From Okamejei kenojei (Eukaryota), in the NCBI GenBank assembly GCA_035221665.1, contig CM069165.1, positions 24,366,001 to 24,430,000 of the forward strand: a stretch of DNA of 64,000 nucleotides. Reading direction: 5' to 3'. The translations under genes were made by a program, and so were the position numbers. The notes under the pieces are model-generated. The model had not been told where the DNA came from. It saw only the letters and a program-made list of their open reading frames with translations, and did not search any database. Positions within the stretch are counted from its first letter, which is position 1, and every line of letters begins with the position of its first letter. Positions 23,996 to 36,770 of the stretch are shown here, in pieces.

Positions 23996-24240
23996 ATGCC
24001 CCTGTCCCACTTAGAAAACCTGAACGGAAACCTCTGGAGACTTTGCGCCCCACCCAAGGCTGGTTCCCGTCCTCCGGTATCCACCTTCAACTAGCATCGC
24101 AACCGGCTTCAACTAAAAAATTACCGATTTTTAAAACGGAAACCACTTTCGACCATTAGGGAGACTGACAAAAACCTCCGGGAACCGCACGGAAACCTTG
24201 GGTGGGGCGCAAAGTCTCCAAAGGTCTGGGACAGGGACAT
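23996..24240. mobile_element. PIF/Harbinger-type MITE
   Basis: Termini CCCTGTCCCA / TGGGACAGGG and subterminal inverted repeat TGGAGACTTTGCGCCCCACCCAAGG / CCTTGGGTGGGGCGCAAAGTCTCCA. Confidence 0.75.
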
Positions 24241-24816
24241 AAGGCACCGTGTATTAAATCACTTTGTTCATGAGGTACTCTTGTGATGGTAAGAAAGTCA
24301 TGTGTAAGACACGCAATGACAGTCATTAAAACATGCTGCGAGATAAAATGTGGTCTATTTTAATGATCAAGCATGATGCAGAGTGGGGGCATTGTGTAAT
24401 AATTATATCACATGATTTACGACTTTCTAAATTCCTACTGAAGTCATTTCTTGTGGAGCGCGAGAGAAGTTTTAGTCTTGTGACTGCATTCGCAACGCAG
24501 GCACTGTGTCTGAATCTAATCGGTTATGTCAATACTGAAGCAAACATCATTTTCTTTTTCATGGGTCTACAAATAAGCAATTGTCCAGCCTGGGCTGACC
24601 AGATAGATTCTGAACGCAGCTGCCCGAACCTTGTTTTGCTGCGCTCATTTTGTCTTGCTTCTCAACACGCGCATGTTACCATTTGCCTATGGCTTCCCTT
24701 GAATTTAGCAGCGATGATTATGTTTCCACGTGAGGTTTCCACAGATAAATAGCTAAAATAATTATCACCAAGGTACATAAGCCACTTTATTCAGAACTAC
24801 ATCTTTAATTGGGTGA

Positions 24817-24995
24817 AACAAGGATCTGCAGATGCTGTTTTGCTAACTCGGCAGGTCGGGCAGCATCTGTGGAGCGCATGGGCCGGTGAGATTTCAGGTC
24901 AGACTGAAGAAGGGTCCCAACCCAAAATGTCGCCTGTCCATGGTCTCCAGTGATGCTGCCTGACCCGCTGATTTACCGCACTACTTTGCGTTGTT
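24817..24995. mobile_element. Penelope-derived inverted element
   Basis: Reverse unit, then CTGAAGAAGGGTCCCAACCCAAAATGTC at 24904. Confidence 0.8.
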
Positions 24996-25494
24996 CTTTA
25001 CTATGGTTTATTTGATGAAACAGCTGTGCAAAAATTGCCTACTGCGTTTCTCACACATGAGACTGCTGTTCAAAAGTCACCAGCGTGGAAGTCACTGACT
25101 TCCAGTAACCAGAACTATTTTCCATTGCATTTGGTGCAACGACTCAATATTATATGTTGCAACATTTTTGAGATTCACTTCCTTTGTTCATATTCTGGCC
25201 AAGGCTGTAATCGAATGATGTGTTATTCAGACAGAACCCATGCTGAAAATCAGTAGGCAGGTTATTGCTGAGTAATTGCTCCATGATACTGGTTTTAATG
25301 GCTTTTAGGTTGAATTTACTGATAAGTTAGAGCATGCAGTTGAGAAAATAATTGACAGGGTAAAGTGTTTTTTTGTGTGCAAAGGGCATAACACCAATTT
25401 CCCCTTTGTTGCCTGAATTAGTGTTGCAGATGTATTGATGTGGTTCTGGAGAGTAGGTTATAAACACTGAGAGGGATGTGCATGAATTACAAAG

Positions 25495-25995
25495 TTAGTA
25501 CAAAGGTGTTAGCACAACATGCAATTATGAAGCCAAAGAGGGTGTTGACTATAATTGCAGGGAGGTTTGTTCACCATAATGAGGAGGACTTGCATGAACT
25601 GTATGAGGCGCTGATGAGACTGCACATGGTGTCTTGCCGAGACTCCATCTCTCAGGAAGAATAGTTTTGCCTTCAGGCTAACGCAGTGGATTTTAATCAG
25701 ATAGTGAGGGAGCAGTCTTTTTAAGAATGTGTTTCTCCAGAATTTAGAAGAATGCCAGGTGTTGTTCGGAAGGGCTGAGCAGTGGGATGGGGAAACTAGA
25801 GAAGATAGCATGGTCTCAGAAAGCGGTTGAACATTGAGGAGTGATTTAGGGCAAATTTCTGTTGCGATGGGATTCTTGGATGCTTGAGTAAATTGGAGGA
25901 AGAAATTGATTTCGGGGCGCAGTGTAATCGAAACAAATGGGGATTGGGCAAGAAGTTGGAGATAAGGTTGAAGACCAGCTGTGACATAATCTATG
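25495..25995 (+). mobile_element. Highly degenerate CR1 3' region
   Basis: Traces of QQAIKKAN-like and LYEALMRLH motifs and a decayed 3' tail. Confidence 0.5.
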
Positions 25996-27891
25996 ACGAA
26001 GCATACTTGAAGTCCTATATGACCTCTTTAATTTATTTATTTCATTCAATCATTTTTCGTCTGATTGTATTCGTACAAACTCTTGTGATGTTGCCTATTC
26101 TCGTTGGTTTTTGCATTCAGATGGTGCGTGATTCCCGCCTCACCTGGAATGGAATTTTGTTAACTTTTTAAAATGGCACCCACTTGCTTCTGAGCAGAGA
26201 ATTTTGTCAAAACCTCCCAATGCATGCTGTTACCTGGCACGAACAAACATAATTGGATTGCATGGTTTACTTGATTCCACTGCTTATTCAACTTTGTGGA
26301 TCAGATTTACTTTTGAAAACAATTCCATCTGAATAGGAATTACACATTAATCTTTCTCTTAGCATTTTGCAGAGTGTGTTGCCATAATTATTGTTATTTC
26401 AGCTACAAGTTTAGCAACTATTTCATTAAATTTCCTTAACCTGGAAACAAACTTGGACCTTGCATGGTTTTGGATAAAACTGACTTTTCTACAAAACCAC
26501 CAATTCCTTAACGTTTTTATTTGAGTTTCTCCAGTCTTGGCATGTTTTTCATCAATATCTGAGTGTTTTCACTGTGATAATTGCGATAGAACTCATTATT
26601 AGTGTTGTTTAAGGTTAAAAAAAAAGACAGTATTTCTCACAATATTCTCCCATCTCTGGGGAGTCTAACATTGGCCTTGCCATATTTCAATGTAGACTAT
26701 TGTTACACTTTATTGTGTTTTATCTTAGTCTCTGCCATTCTTCTGTTTTCCCTTGTTCATAAATTGATGTTAATACCCTTAATCACATTTATGAATGTTG
26801 AGAAGCAAAAGGGAATATCAACTTTGTTTGATGAAACAAATTCCCACACAATGAACTTTCCTGGTGGTTCAGAAACATTCTGAGTTATAAAAAAAGACAT
26901 AGGTATTGCGTGCATATCCATTTAATATGCATTCATAATTTGGATGTGATGCAACTGGATTATAGTAAGCTTTTAAGCCACATATTTTGAAGTAAAAATG
27001 TCAAAGTCTCCTTCAGACTAAAGAGGTATGGAGTAGTAAAGCATGAAATTATAATTAACACAACCACATTGATCTAAAACACATTTGTCAGAAGCGATGA
27101 AAAATGTTCAATACATTGGTGTTAATTTTGGTGCCATAGTTGATATATGATTACTGTAACAAGTAAATAATTGAGCATGAAACTTTGTAATGAAATTTTT
27201 TTCCCAGAGCAGAGTCCCTAATGCATCAACAATCAAGGTCATGGAAAAGCATCCTGGCCTGAATAAACATGGTTTTCTGCATTGCTGAATCATTTTTTTT
27301 GTGCCGTGCACATGGAAGATGCAAACACTGTTTTCCTTCGGGCTCCTTGGATTTACTTCTAAGTTGATTTGAAATACATGTGCTGGATTTCCTCTCTTGC
27401 TGCTTAATGTTATTTGGAAAAAAAAAAGTAGTTTTATATTACTTGGACTGTGCGTGAGTAATACTTAAGAGTTGAACCAAATTCGGAACATTTCAGATGA
27501 ATTAATGTTAATTCTTTCCTTATTATTCAACTTCCATTTTCAAAAATGTATTATGCCTAATCCATAGGAGAATTCTCGTTGATCATTGCTGTCATAAAGC
27601 AAAAATCATACTCTTTGCTATTTAATATCTCCCTACTTATGTCCTTGGCCATTTTTTTAACTTTCCTGCTGTTTAATTGATAATAATTCTTTGCAATATC
27701 ACAAATAAATTGTCGTTGCCATTGATTTCACTCAAAGAAAAGTCTTGCATATGCATTGGTTTTTTGATAATTTTGTGATGCCCACTAATACTTTCTAAAC
27801 AATGAAGTACTTATTTATGTCCAGTGGCTGTCGAACTGCACACACCCAATCCCAATTAACAGCATGGAGTTTCAACCTTGGTGTGTTTGGC

Positions 27892-27919
27892 TGGGGGGGG
27901 GGGGGGGGGGGGGGGGGGG
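27892..27919 (+). repeat. Poly-G tract
   Basis: Uninterrupted G run of roughly 27 nt. Confidence 0.9.
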
Positions 27920-28202
27920 AATATTGACCAGGGTATTGGTCGTATCTTCCTTGGTTTTGCAGCACAATATCATTTGTTTCACCGCGAGAGCAGATACTAT
28001 TTAATCCCAAAGTTGCTACATCTGTTGGTACAGAAAATCTCAGTACTGCCCTGCATTTTATGCTGCTCTGGGGAGAAACTTTCACTTGGCAGGCAAATGT
28101 TATCAAGGCAACCATGGCTGAGATGCCTCAGATGGCAACTATCAATAATTTAAGATATAAAAATTCCACCTGCGTGGTATTTGAATGTTTATATTTTTTT
28201 AA

Positions 28203-28448
28203 TCAAGTCAAATCAATTTTATTTCTATAGCACATTTAAAAACAACTCTTGTCGACCAAAGTGCTTTACATCAGTACAGGTACTAACATGCTACAAATAG
28301 TGGTACATAGATCTAACAACACATACATAAACACATACATACAGCGTTCCCTCAGAGGACCTCAAGAAATGCTTGTGAGTAGAAATACGTTTTAAGTCGA
28401 GACTTAAAAGAGTTGATGGAGGAGGCAGTTCTGATGGGAAGAGGGACA
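28203..28448 (-). mobile_element. L2-type LINE 3' end
   Basis: TTTATTTCTATAGCACATTTAAAAACAAC...CCAAAGTGCTTTACA resembles fish L2 3' ends read in reverse. Confidence 0.6.
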
Positions 28449-31400
28449 AACAAATCAGTGTTGTTTGTTTTAATTGTTTGCTTTAATTGTTCTTCTGGTC
28501 ACTTGTGTTCCTGTGCATGCAGTGCTATTATATCAGGTTACTTCTTTCACCCCTCCCATCTCATGAAATGTGCGCAGCGAGTCTCCAGGATTGATAAGGG
28601 CTATAAAAATGACTTAATGCAAATTATGCTGTCAAACACAAAAAACTCATAATTCCATGCATTTTAAATAAAGAAGCCATTATTAACTTATTGTTTTGTA
28701 GCAATCTGAACAGCAACCAGACAGTCAATACACTCTGGACTTTGTGCCTTCATTTACATGACCAAAACTGATTATATCAGTCTTGGGATATAAATTATTC
28801 TTGTGACTGCCCCTCCAATGTGATGTGTGGCTTATCAGTCTGCACCTCTACTGCCATATACTCTGGCCCACGAGCTAAGTGCAGTGTTGTGTGGGTCAGT
28901 AGAAGGGTTTGGGATTATTTGAATGGGAAATTATAGTTTTTATTCGATGCATTTGTACAATGTATGAACTTTGCTCATGCTGACTCGGTTATCTGACTTT
29001 GAACCCTATGTTATCAGAAAGAGAGCAATTAAATTCCATCAATCTGGTGACATTCATCAAATTATGGTGGGATTATTTGAATGGACTGTTTTGTTTCTGA
29101 AAGTGGGCTAAATTTAATATATACTTATTGGGTCTGATCATTTGACCCGATGTGGTGGCCATAAAGTTCAGCATCGCTGCCACTCTCCTAACTGTGTCTG
29201 GCTGGCTTTACCTGCCACCCACATGGTGCCATTCACCATTCTTCAGTAGGCAGGGGAGGTTGCATGTAACGGCAATGTTCTCCACACATTTACAAAGTCT
29301 GACTTACTGGTGCAACATCAGATATTCATTTGATAAAAGATTATCTTGTTCACATCTGAAGAATAACCCAACTGTTGGTACACTTCACATGATCAGCTTT
29401 TTAAACCTGTGATCCAAATATATGAAAAACAACTTCCATTGGAATGAGACGGATCTCTGCTGTTAATTAGATTTGATGACACTAGATCTGACCATGCTGT
29501 TAAGTCTGGTCAGCTCTGTATATTTGGTTGGTTGCATGCCTGTTGATTGGCGCTTGCACTAAATTTGCAATGCAAGCAGTACACCCAATTTAGTAAGTAG
29601 AATGGAGATGAATCTTGACCCCTGCATATGTTAGAACAATGAATTGGGTTGTGGTGCGCTCAGTTTGAAGCCCCAGTCTCTGCCCAGATAGTAATCTGAG
29701 TTGCATTGCAGCCACAAGCTGTTACTACACGGGAAGGTGGCAGATCAGTAAGTTAATTCTACCCGGGCTTCACCTTTGCCCATTTTCTGCCACGTGCACA
29801 TTAGCATGGGAGATGGTTGAAGTGTTGATAGAAGCAATTTTGGAGAGCGCTGGCAATTTTAATAGGTTTCAATCTTTTAATTGAAGTGTGCCTTTAGCCT
29901 ATTTATAGTTAACGGAGGTTGCAACTATTGTGTTTATACCGCCATTGGAATGGATTGATAAGTCAACTTAAACAAACTATAATGATCAATTTTTATATCG
30001 ATCAGATTCACACCAGTTAGTGGATTAATTAACTGCGCAATAGGAGAATTCCTGAAATTGGACTTTATTCCTCTTAAAGCATTCAAAGTTACTTTTGATA
30101 AGTAAAATGAAATTTTATCCACACATGATCCCCATCTGAATTATATTTTATGGTTGTTGTTTCAGCTAAATAGAGATGAATGTTAGCTTGTTTGTTAAAG
30201 TATCATTGTGTCAACATTAATAGAAGAGATTGCCTTGTCAGTTTCCAAAACAAATTCCTTAAGTGACCTTCCTCTATGAACTGACAGCCTGCAATCATTG
30301 TCCTTTTGTAAACTAGTTAAGAATGGTAAGACATGCCGATAAATAAAAAGTGAACATCTTTAAAATATATTTATGGAAACATTATAATATTTATTACCAA
30401 CTAAAGAAATCGGACAAGAATACATGACAAAATCGGTCATGCAATATCCTGACACTTTTTCTGTCGTTTTTTTCTCATTATAGCCATTCCGCTATGAAGC
30501 TGTTTAATGAGTTCCAAGTCCTGTTCATGGGGATTTATCACATCACCTCAATTCTTTTGATCTTCTGCCACTGTTGTGTTCTTGGCTGGTGGCTCATCAG
30601 TTGGTTGGTCTTCGTCAGATGAAGCCATCCGACTGAGTATTTAAAGCCTGAATCACAGTTAATTTTGTCTCAAACACTTGGCTTTTGTGATCAGGATGTC
30701 AATAACATATTTAGGAGACACATCGTAAAATAATAAGAACATTCTTCTTGCGCTTGACATTATGCATATAGACTACACTGGCATTGTCCTCTGTAACTGC
30801 CTACCATTTGTCCTTCTGACTATGAATATTACTAACAGTAGAGCAACTGATAGTGATCCCTAAAACATTGAGAATTTAAACCTGATATCAAGTTGAGAAA
30901 CATTACGGTGTTGCCTTGTGCAAATAAATCTCTACGTTCCTTATCTCAAAGTTTTTGGAAGTGATTTGTGAATTTTTGCAAGGGCATGTTTCCATAACCC
31001 AATGTGTCACGATACAGGGATATACTGTTTGTTTATTCTGGGGGAAGTTGGATTTCTATCATAGAGTCGGAAGTAGGACAATTGGCACATACTGTCCATG
31101 CCAAACATCAGGCATCCATCTACACTGATTCCCATTAATAACATTTTATCTGGAGCCTTCTGCACCTTGGCAATTCAAGCCTCCAATAGATACTACTTAG
31201 ATAGAACAGAACAGTTAGGAACAGACCCTTCAGCACACGATGTCTGTACAAATGTGATATGACAGTAAGTTAAATTAATCTCCACTGCCTACACTTGATC
31301 CACATCCCTCCAAACCTTAGATATTCTGGTGCCTATCTAAAAGTCCCGGAAGTACTATTATCATATTGTGTTCCTCCACCAAACCCTGGCAGCACATTCC

Positions 31401-32049
31401 AGGTAACCACCACTCCCTTTTCCTGTCGAAATAAAATAAATGCCCTGCCCATAGATATTGCAAGAGTCTCTGCCTTCACCATCCTTCCAGGCAGTGCATT
31501 CAAAGATTGTTGGATATTACTTCATAGCATAATTGATCCCTGTGGAGTCAGTGAAATACTCTCAATAAGTTTGAGAAAAATACAGTGATGAAATGACTCA
31601 ATCTATCGATGCATCTTGGTTGGAGAGTGAATGTTCACTAACATGCTCAATAAACCTTTCTACGAAGCAGATTGTATGGAATCAATTGCATTCCCCTTGA
31701 ATGTCTCCAATGAACCTTGATTTAAATCCCATCCTGTATGTTCACTACATATGAAAATACAGGACTTCTTCAAAATGGCTCTAAATTCTCTCAACTTCTG
31801 TTTATGCAAGACTCTAAGAGGGGCTGAAATCCGAGGTCAATTTCCAGTGGCAATTTCCAGTGCATTAGATTAAGAAATAGATGCAGGAGTGGTCTGTTCA
31901 GTCCTTTATGTGCATGCTCCACTATTCCGTGAGATGAAGGCGGTTATTCTATGTCAATGCTACCTTCTTCCACTTGTCCCGTACCAATTTGGATTTTTTT
32001 CATATCTTAAAAACATTTCATTCCATCTTGAAAATTCTTTGCGACCGAG

Positions 32050-32680
32050 CCTTGACAGCCCTCTTGGGTAGAAAATTCCAAAGATTCAGTACCATCCTGG
32101 TAAAGATATTTCTTCTGTGTCCTAAATAACCTTCCCTTCATTTTGTGACTCTATTTCCTAGTTAAAGAAACCCGGGCGAGAGGAACATTATCCCTGTAAT
32201 ATCTCTGTCAAGTCCTTCAAGAATATTATGTGTTTCCATGAGATCATCTCTGATTCTTCTAAACTCTGGAGAATAGACGGCCAGCCTGCTTAATCTTTCC
32301 TCTTAGTGATGAACCCACCATCCCAGGAGTCAATCTGGTAAACCAGCATTGCATTCCCTCCGCTGTAAATCTATCTGTATACAACCCTCCAGGTGCAATA
32401 ACATTAGGATCCGATATAATTGGAGCAAGATGTCTCCATTCTAGTATGCCAAGTCTTTAGCAGTAAAGGCCAACATACTGTTTGTCTTCCTAATTGCTGG
32501 CTGTAATTCCTTGTTAGCTTTTCGCGGTTTGTGCACAAGAGCACTTGAGTCCCTCTGACCGCCAACAACTCTCAATCCCTCAACTTTTCAAAATGCAGCC
32601 TTTAGCTTTTGAATGCGTGTCAATGACCTTGCATCATTCCACAGTGTATCTCATCTACCATATTGTTGCCAATTCACTTA
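32050..32680 (-). mobile_element. Degenerate CR1 LINE
   Basis: Aligns by eye with 36990-37500 (CTTCTAAACTC, CCATCCCAGGAGTCAATCTGGTAAACC, AAGGCCAACATAC). Confidence 0.7.
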
Positions 32681-32797
32681 ATCTGACCACCCTCCTGAAT
32701 CCTTAGATCCTTCTCACAGCCCACGCTGCCACCCAACCATGTTTCATCGATAAGCATCATCAGTGCCATTGAACCAAGCGATGCAAGAGTAAAAGCT

Positions 32798-33547
32798 GTT
32801 TTGTTTAGCTTATTGTCATATGTACTGAGGTAGAGTGAAAAGCTTTTGTTGTGTGCTAACCAGTCAATGGAAAGACTATACATGTTACAATCAAACCATC
32901 CACAGTGTGCAGACACCTGATAAAGGGAATGACATTTAGTGCAAGATAAAGTCCAGTCGAGTCTGATTAAAGATAGCCCGGGTCTCCAGTGAGGTACTGT
33001 AGAGGGTAGTTCAGGATCGCTCTCTAATTGCTGTGATTCAGTTGCCTGATAACAACTGGGAAGAAACTGTCCCTGAATTTTTCACACTTGTGTACCTCTT
33101 GCATGATGAGAGAAGGGAAAAGTAAAGAGGCTTCCCCACTGTACGAGCTAATTCAAGAGCTGTCCTGAGTTAAAAAAAAACAACAAACTCGTGGCAAGCA
33201 CGTAGAATGTACTTACCGGGTACGTCGGAGCTCGGGACGTCTCTAGCGGCTCGTAACGCTAACGGCAGGTACTTGGGAAACGCGGTAAGCTCGTGAAGAC
33301 CGGTGAAGATTTTTCAACGTGTTGAAAAATGTCCACGAGAGCGCCGAGGACCCGGCTATTCCCGTAATTCTCCGAGTTCGAATCAGCGGAAACTCGGGAG
33401 AACTCTTGAATTAGCTCGTACAGTGGGACAGCCCCATTACTGGGGTGAGATTCATCCTTGAGTATGCTTGTGGCCTTGATGGGACAGTGTGAAGTGTAGA
33501 TGGAATCAATGGAAGGCAGGTTGGTTTGTGTGATGGGCTGGACTGGA
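32798..33547 (-). mobile_element. Rex1-type LINE 3' end interrupted by a MITE
   Basis: 3' UTR at 32798-33000 and coding remnant TNLPSIDSIYTSHC..KATSILKDESHP in ORF 33259-33597. Confidence 0.7.
33124..33436. mobile_element. PIF/Harbinger-type MITE
   Basis: Inverted termini CCCACTGTACGAGCTAATTCAAGAG / CTCTTGAATTAGCTCGTACAGTGGG. Body homologous, in reverse, to 55663-56020. Confidence 0.8.
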
Positions 33548-34074
33548 ATTGAATGGTCCCTCTGAATAGCAGGAGCTGTTTTATAAATGCGCTCCATTCA
33601 CTATGATGACCTTTGTGGGCAGTGTGCTGAAGAGAAGCTTTGTCTGAAGTGCCTCTACTTCAGAAAGGTACCCTACTTTGAAAAGTGATGTCAATTTCCA
33701 AAAGTTTCATGGATGTTTGTGCAATGTTTGCATCAGTAGTTTCGAAAGCAATTTCCCTGCGATCAATTCCTTAAGTGAAACTGTTCTAGTTGGGAAGAAT
33801 ACAAAATGCAGAGCAAGTCAAGAATCTGCACACAATCGTATGTCGTGTGCAGGTTGTGTTTTACGTGAGTAAAGAAATTGGCCCCAATTTTCTTGTCAGC
33901 TTAACATTTAAGTAAAATGGTATTCATTCTTATTTATGGTCAAATTCATGCAAGATGCTGATGCATCGTTTAGCTCACATATCCAGAGCTTGCTGTCTAA
34001 GTTGTCACCTAATGTTACATGAAAATAGCATTTTACTGTATGCTTTACAATTGATATGCATTGAATCATGTAAA

Positions 34075-34381
34075 GTTTAGTTTAGAGATACTGCATGATA
34101 ACAGGTCCTTTGGCTCAGCGAGTTCACGCTGACCATTGATCACCCTTTAACAGTAGTTCTATGGTGTCCTAATTTTCTCAATTGCTTCATACACACAAGC
34201 GGTAATTTACAAAGGCCAATAAACCTGCATCTTAAGGATGTGGGAGGAACCCAGAGCATCTGGAGGGAACCCAAATGGGCACAGGAAGAATGTACAAACC
34301 CTTCACAGACATCACCCAAGGTCATGATTGAACCTGGGTCTCTGGTGCAGTGAGGCAGCAGTTCTACCAGTGCATCACTGT
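34075..34381 (-). mobile_element. V-SINE (HE1-like)
   Basis: (TTTAG)n AGATAC tail and TTGAACCTGGGTCTCTGG head, read in reverse. Confidence 0.8.
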
Positions 34382-34431
34382 TATAGAGGTTGCATTACAT
34401 TTGAAACGGGCTTCTTGGCCCAACTTACCCA

Positions 34432-34630
34432 TGCTGTGGAATTCTCTGCCTCGGAGGGCAGTGGAGGCAGGTTCTCTGGATGCTTTCAAGAGAGAGCTAG
34501 ATAGGGCTCTTAAAAATAGCGGAGTCAGGGGGTATGGGGAGAAGGCAGGAACGGGGTACTGATTGGGGATGATCAGCCATGATCACATTGAATGGCGGTG
34601 CTGGCTCGAAGGGCCGAATGGTCTACTCCT
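34432..34630 (+). mobile_element. CR1 3' end (well preserved)
   Basis: LWNSLPRRAVEAGSLDAFKRELDRAL...GYGEKAG plus tail. Confidence 0.85.
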
Positions 34631-34654
34631 GCACCGATTGTCTATTGTCTAACA

Positions 34655-35047
34655 AAGTGCCCCATCTGCACTAATCCCACCTTCTCATATATGGTCCATA
34701 TATATCTCTATACCTTTCCAATCCATGTAAAAATGTTTTAATGGTTTCATGATACGTGGCTCAACAACCTCCTCTTGCAGCTCCTTCCATACACCCACCA
34801 CCCTCTGTGTGAACAAGTTGCCCCACAGATTCCTATTAAATCTTTCCCCTCCCACTTTAAACCCATGTCCTCTGGGCCTTTATTCCTCTAATCTGGGTAA
34901 ATAAGCCTCATTCCCTAATCTATTCCCCTCCTGATCTAACACACATCCATAAGGTCACTCCTCATCCTCCTGCGCTCCAAAGAATAAAATTTTAGCTTCC
35001 CCAACCTCTTTCTATAACTTGGACTGTCAAGTCATGGTAACATCCTC
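34655..35047 (-). mobile_element. CR1 fragment
   Basis: CCACCACCCTCTGTGTGAACAAGTTGCCCC...TTCCTATTAAATC...TCACTCCTCATCCTCCTGCGCTCCAAAG. Confidence 0.7.
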
Positions 35048-35411
35048 GATCCTGACTAAGGGTGCTGTCTGTACAGAGTTTGTATGTTCTCCCCATGACC
35101 TGCTTGTGTTTTCTCCGAGATCTCCAAGATCCTCCGAAGGCAGGCACGGGTTATTGATTGGGGATGATCAGACATGATCACAATGAATGGCGGTGCTGGC
35201 TCGAAGGGCCGAATGGCCTCTTCCTGCACCTATTTTCTATGTTTCCTCCCACACTCCAAAGACGTACAGGTTTGTAGGTTAATTGGCTTGGTGAATGGGT
35301 AAATTGTCCCTTGTGTGTGTAGGATAGCATTAGTGTGAAGGATCGCTGGTGAGTGCGGACTCGATGGGCCGAAGGACCTGTTTCTGCGCTGTATCTCTAA
35401 ACTAAACTAAA
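35045..35411 (+). mobile_element. V-SINE carrying a nested CR1 3' tail (about 35137-35245)
   Basis: The SINE body is broken at CTCCG, followed by AAGGCAGG...GGCTCGAAGGGCCGAATGGCC...TTCTATGTTTC, and resumes at CTCCCACACTCCAAAGACG. Confidence 0.8.
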
Positions 35412-36589
35412 AAAACGTGCTCCATGTGCTTTGGATTTTTTTTTAAGATTTGAAACATAGTTTAAGATACTTTGTGCTTGAGGCTTGGGCATGCCCAAGT
35501 TTAGTTGACTTTCCCTTTCTGTTTTTAACCAGTCTCTCTGGATTGAGAATGATCTGTTTCCACTCGAGTTTCAACATGACTGATGAGGCCAATGTAAGAA
35601 AGTATACTCTATCTCAAATGGGGCAGGAGTTGCTTGGTGGGGTGACTGGGTGGGTAGCTTGTGCCAGTCTCGAGAAGCCCCCAACACATGACCTTGAGGA
35701 TCTCATCTGTCTTCTTTCCTCCCAGTCGGACAATAATATAAAAACACTTGAGAAAATTGTGACCTACTGAAGCTAATTCCTCATGCCATGTATAAAGCAG
35801 CCTGCTACGAACCCTTTCCTCGGGTATTTCATTTCTGAAGTAAAATTTAAGTGAATATCATCAGACTAATGCTGACTTTAGATCAATGAGAATGTTATGT
35901 TTTAAATTAATACATTACTGGGAGGACAATGAGGTCCACCTTTGTCCTCACGGCACTGTGTTTTTCCAGTCATTAGGCTGGCTTCCCAAATGTCATTTAG
36001 ATTAAAGGCAAAAATAATATAACATGAAAGGTGTCAAATTTGAATGATGAATGAAGACTACACTGCAATGCTTAATACTGTGCAAGCAATATTAGTTAAC
36101 TTTTTGCCTGCTTTATTTCAACCTTTTTAAGAATATTATCTTTCATGCCGTGCTTTCATGCGCATTCTCTGGTTTCTTTCCTAAAAGAGCACATTTCAAA
36201 AAGGAGAAAGCTTTTTGTCTTTGTCATAATGTGACCCAAATCTTGCAATGAATGGCATTTAAAACTGACTGCCCATGTCGTGGGTTGTTACTGTTAGACT
36301 GTATTTTTCTCTTTGTGACATTGCTCTCAAAATCTCAATGAAATAATTAAATGAAAGCTCACTTTTGTTTTACAAATGTGAAATTGAGAAGCTAAATTTC
36401 AATGGCAGAAGTTGAATATTTATAATAATGTGATATTAACTGGCATTTAACAAATTATGCTACTGAGCTTTCAAATGCTAGCCTTGACGAAAAAGGAATT
36501 ACATCATTAACTTGATGATTAATTATATGATTGTGTACATGTTTACAATATTGTTTTATATTGAATCTGCTACCTTAGGTCCAAGTTTA

Positions 36590-36724
36590 CAGTCTGAAGA
36601 AGGGTCTCAACCCGAAACGTCACCCATTCCTTCTCTCCAGAGATGCTGCCTGTCCCGCTGAGTTACTCCAGCATTTTGTGTCTATCTTCAATTTAAACCA
36701 GCATCTGCTGTTCTTTTCTACACA
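36590..36724 (+). mobile_element. Penelope-derived short element with intact-looking minimal hammerhead core
   Basis: AGT CTGAAGA A GGGT CTCA ACCC GAAAC GTC ACC at 36591-36624. Confidence 0.85.
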
Positions 36725-36770
36725 TTTTGTCAGCATAAATTAGTACTTTGGAATTGGTTGAGAACTTGAT

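Noticed and set aside
27892-27919. Functional G-quadruplex element (also 41112-41136)
   Set aside because: Simple homopolymer with no supporting context; its length may be unreliable in the assembly.
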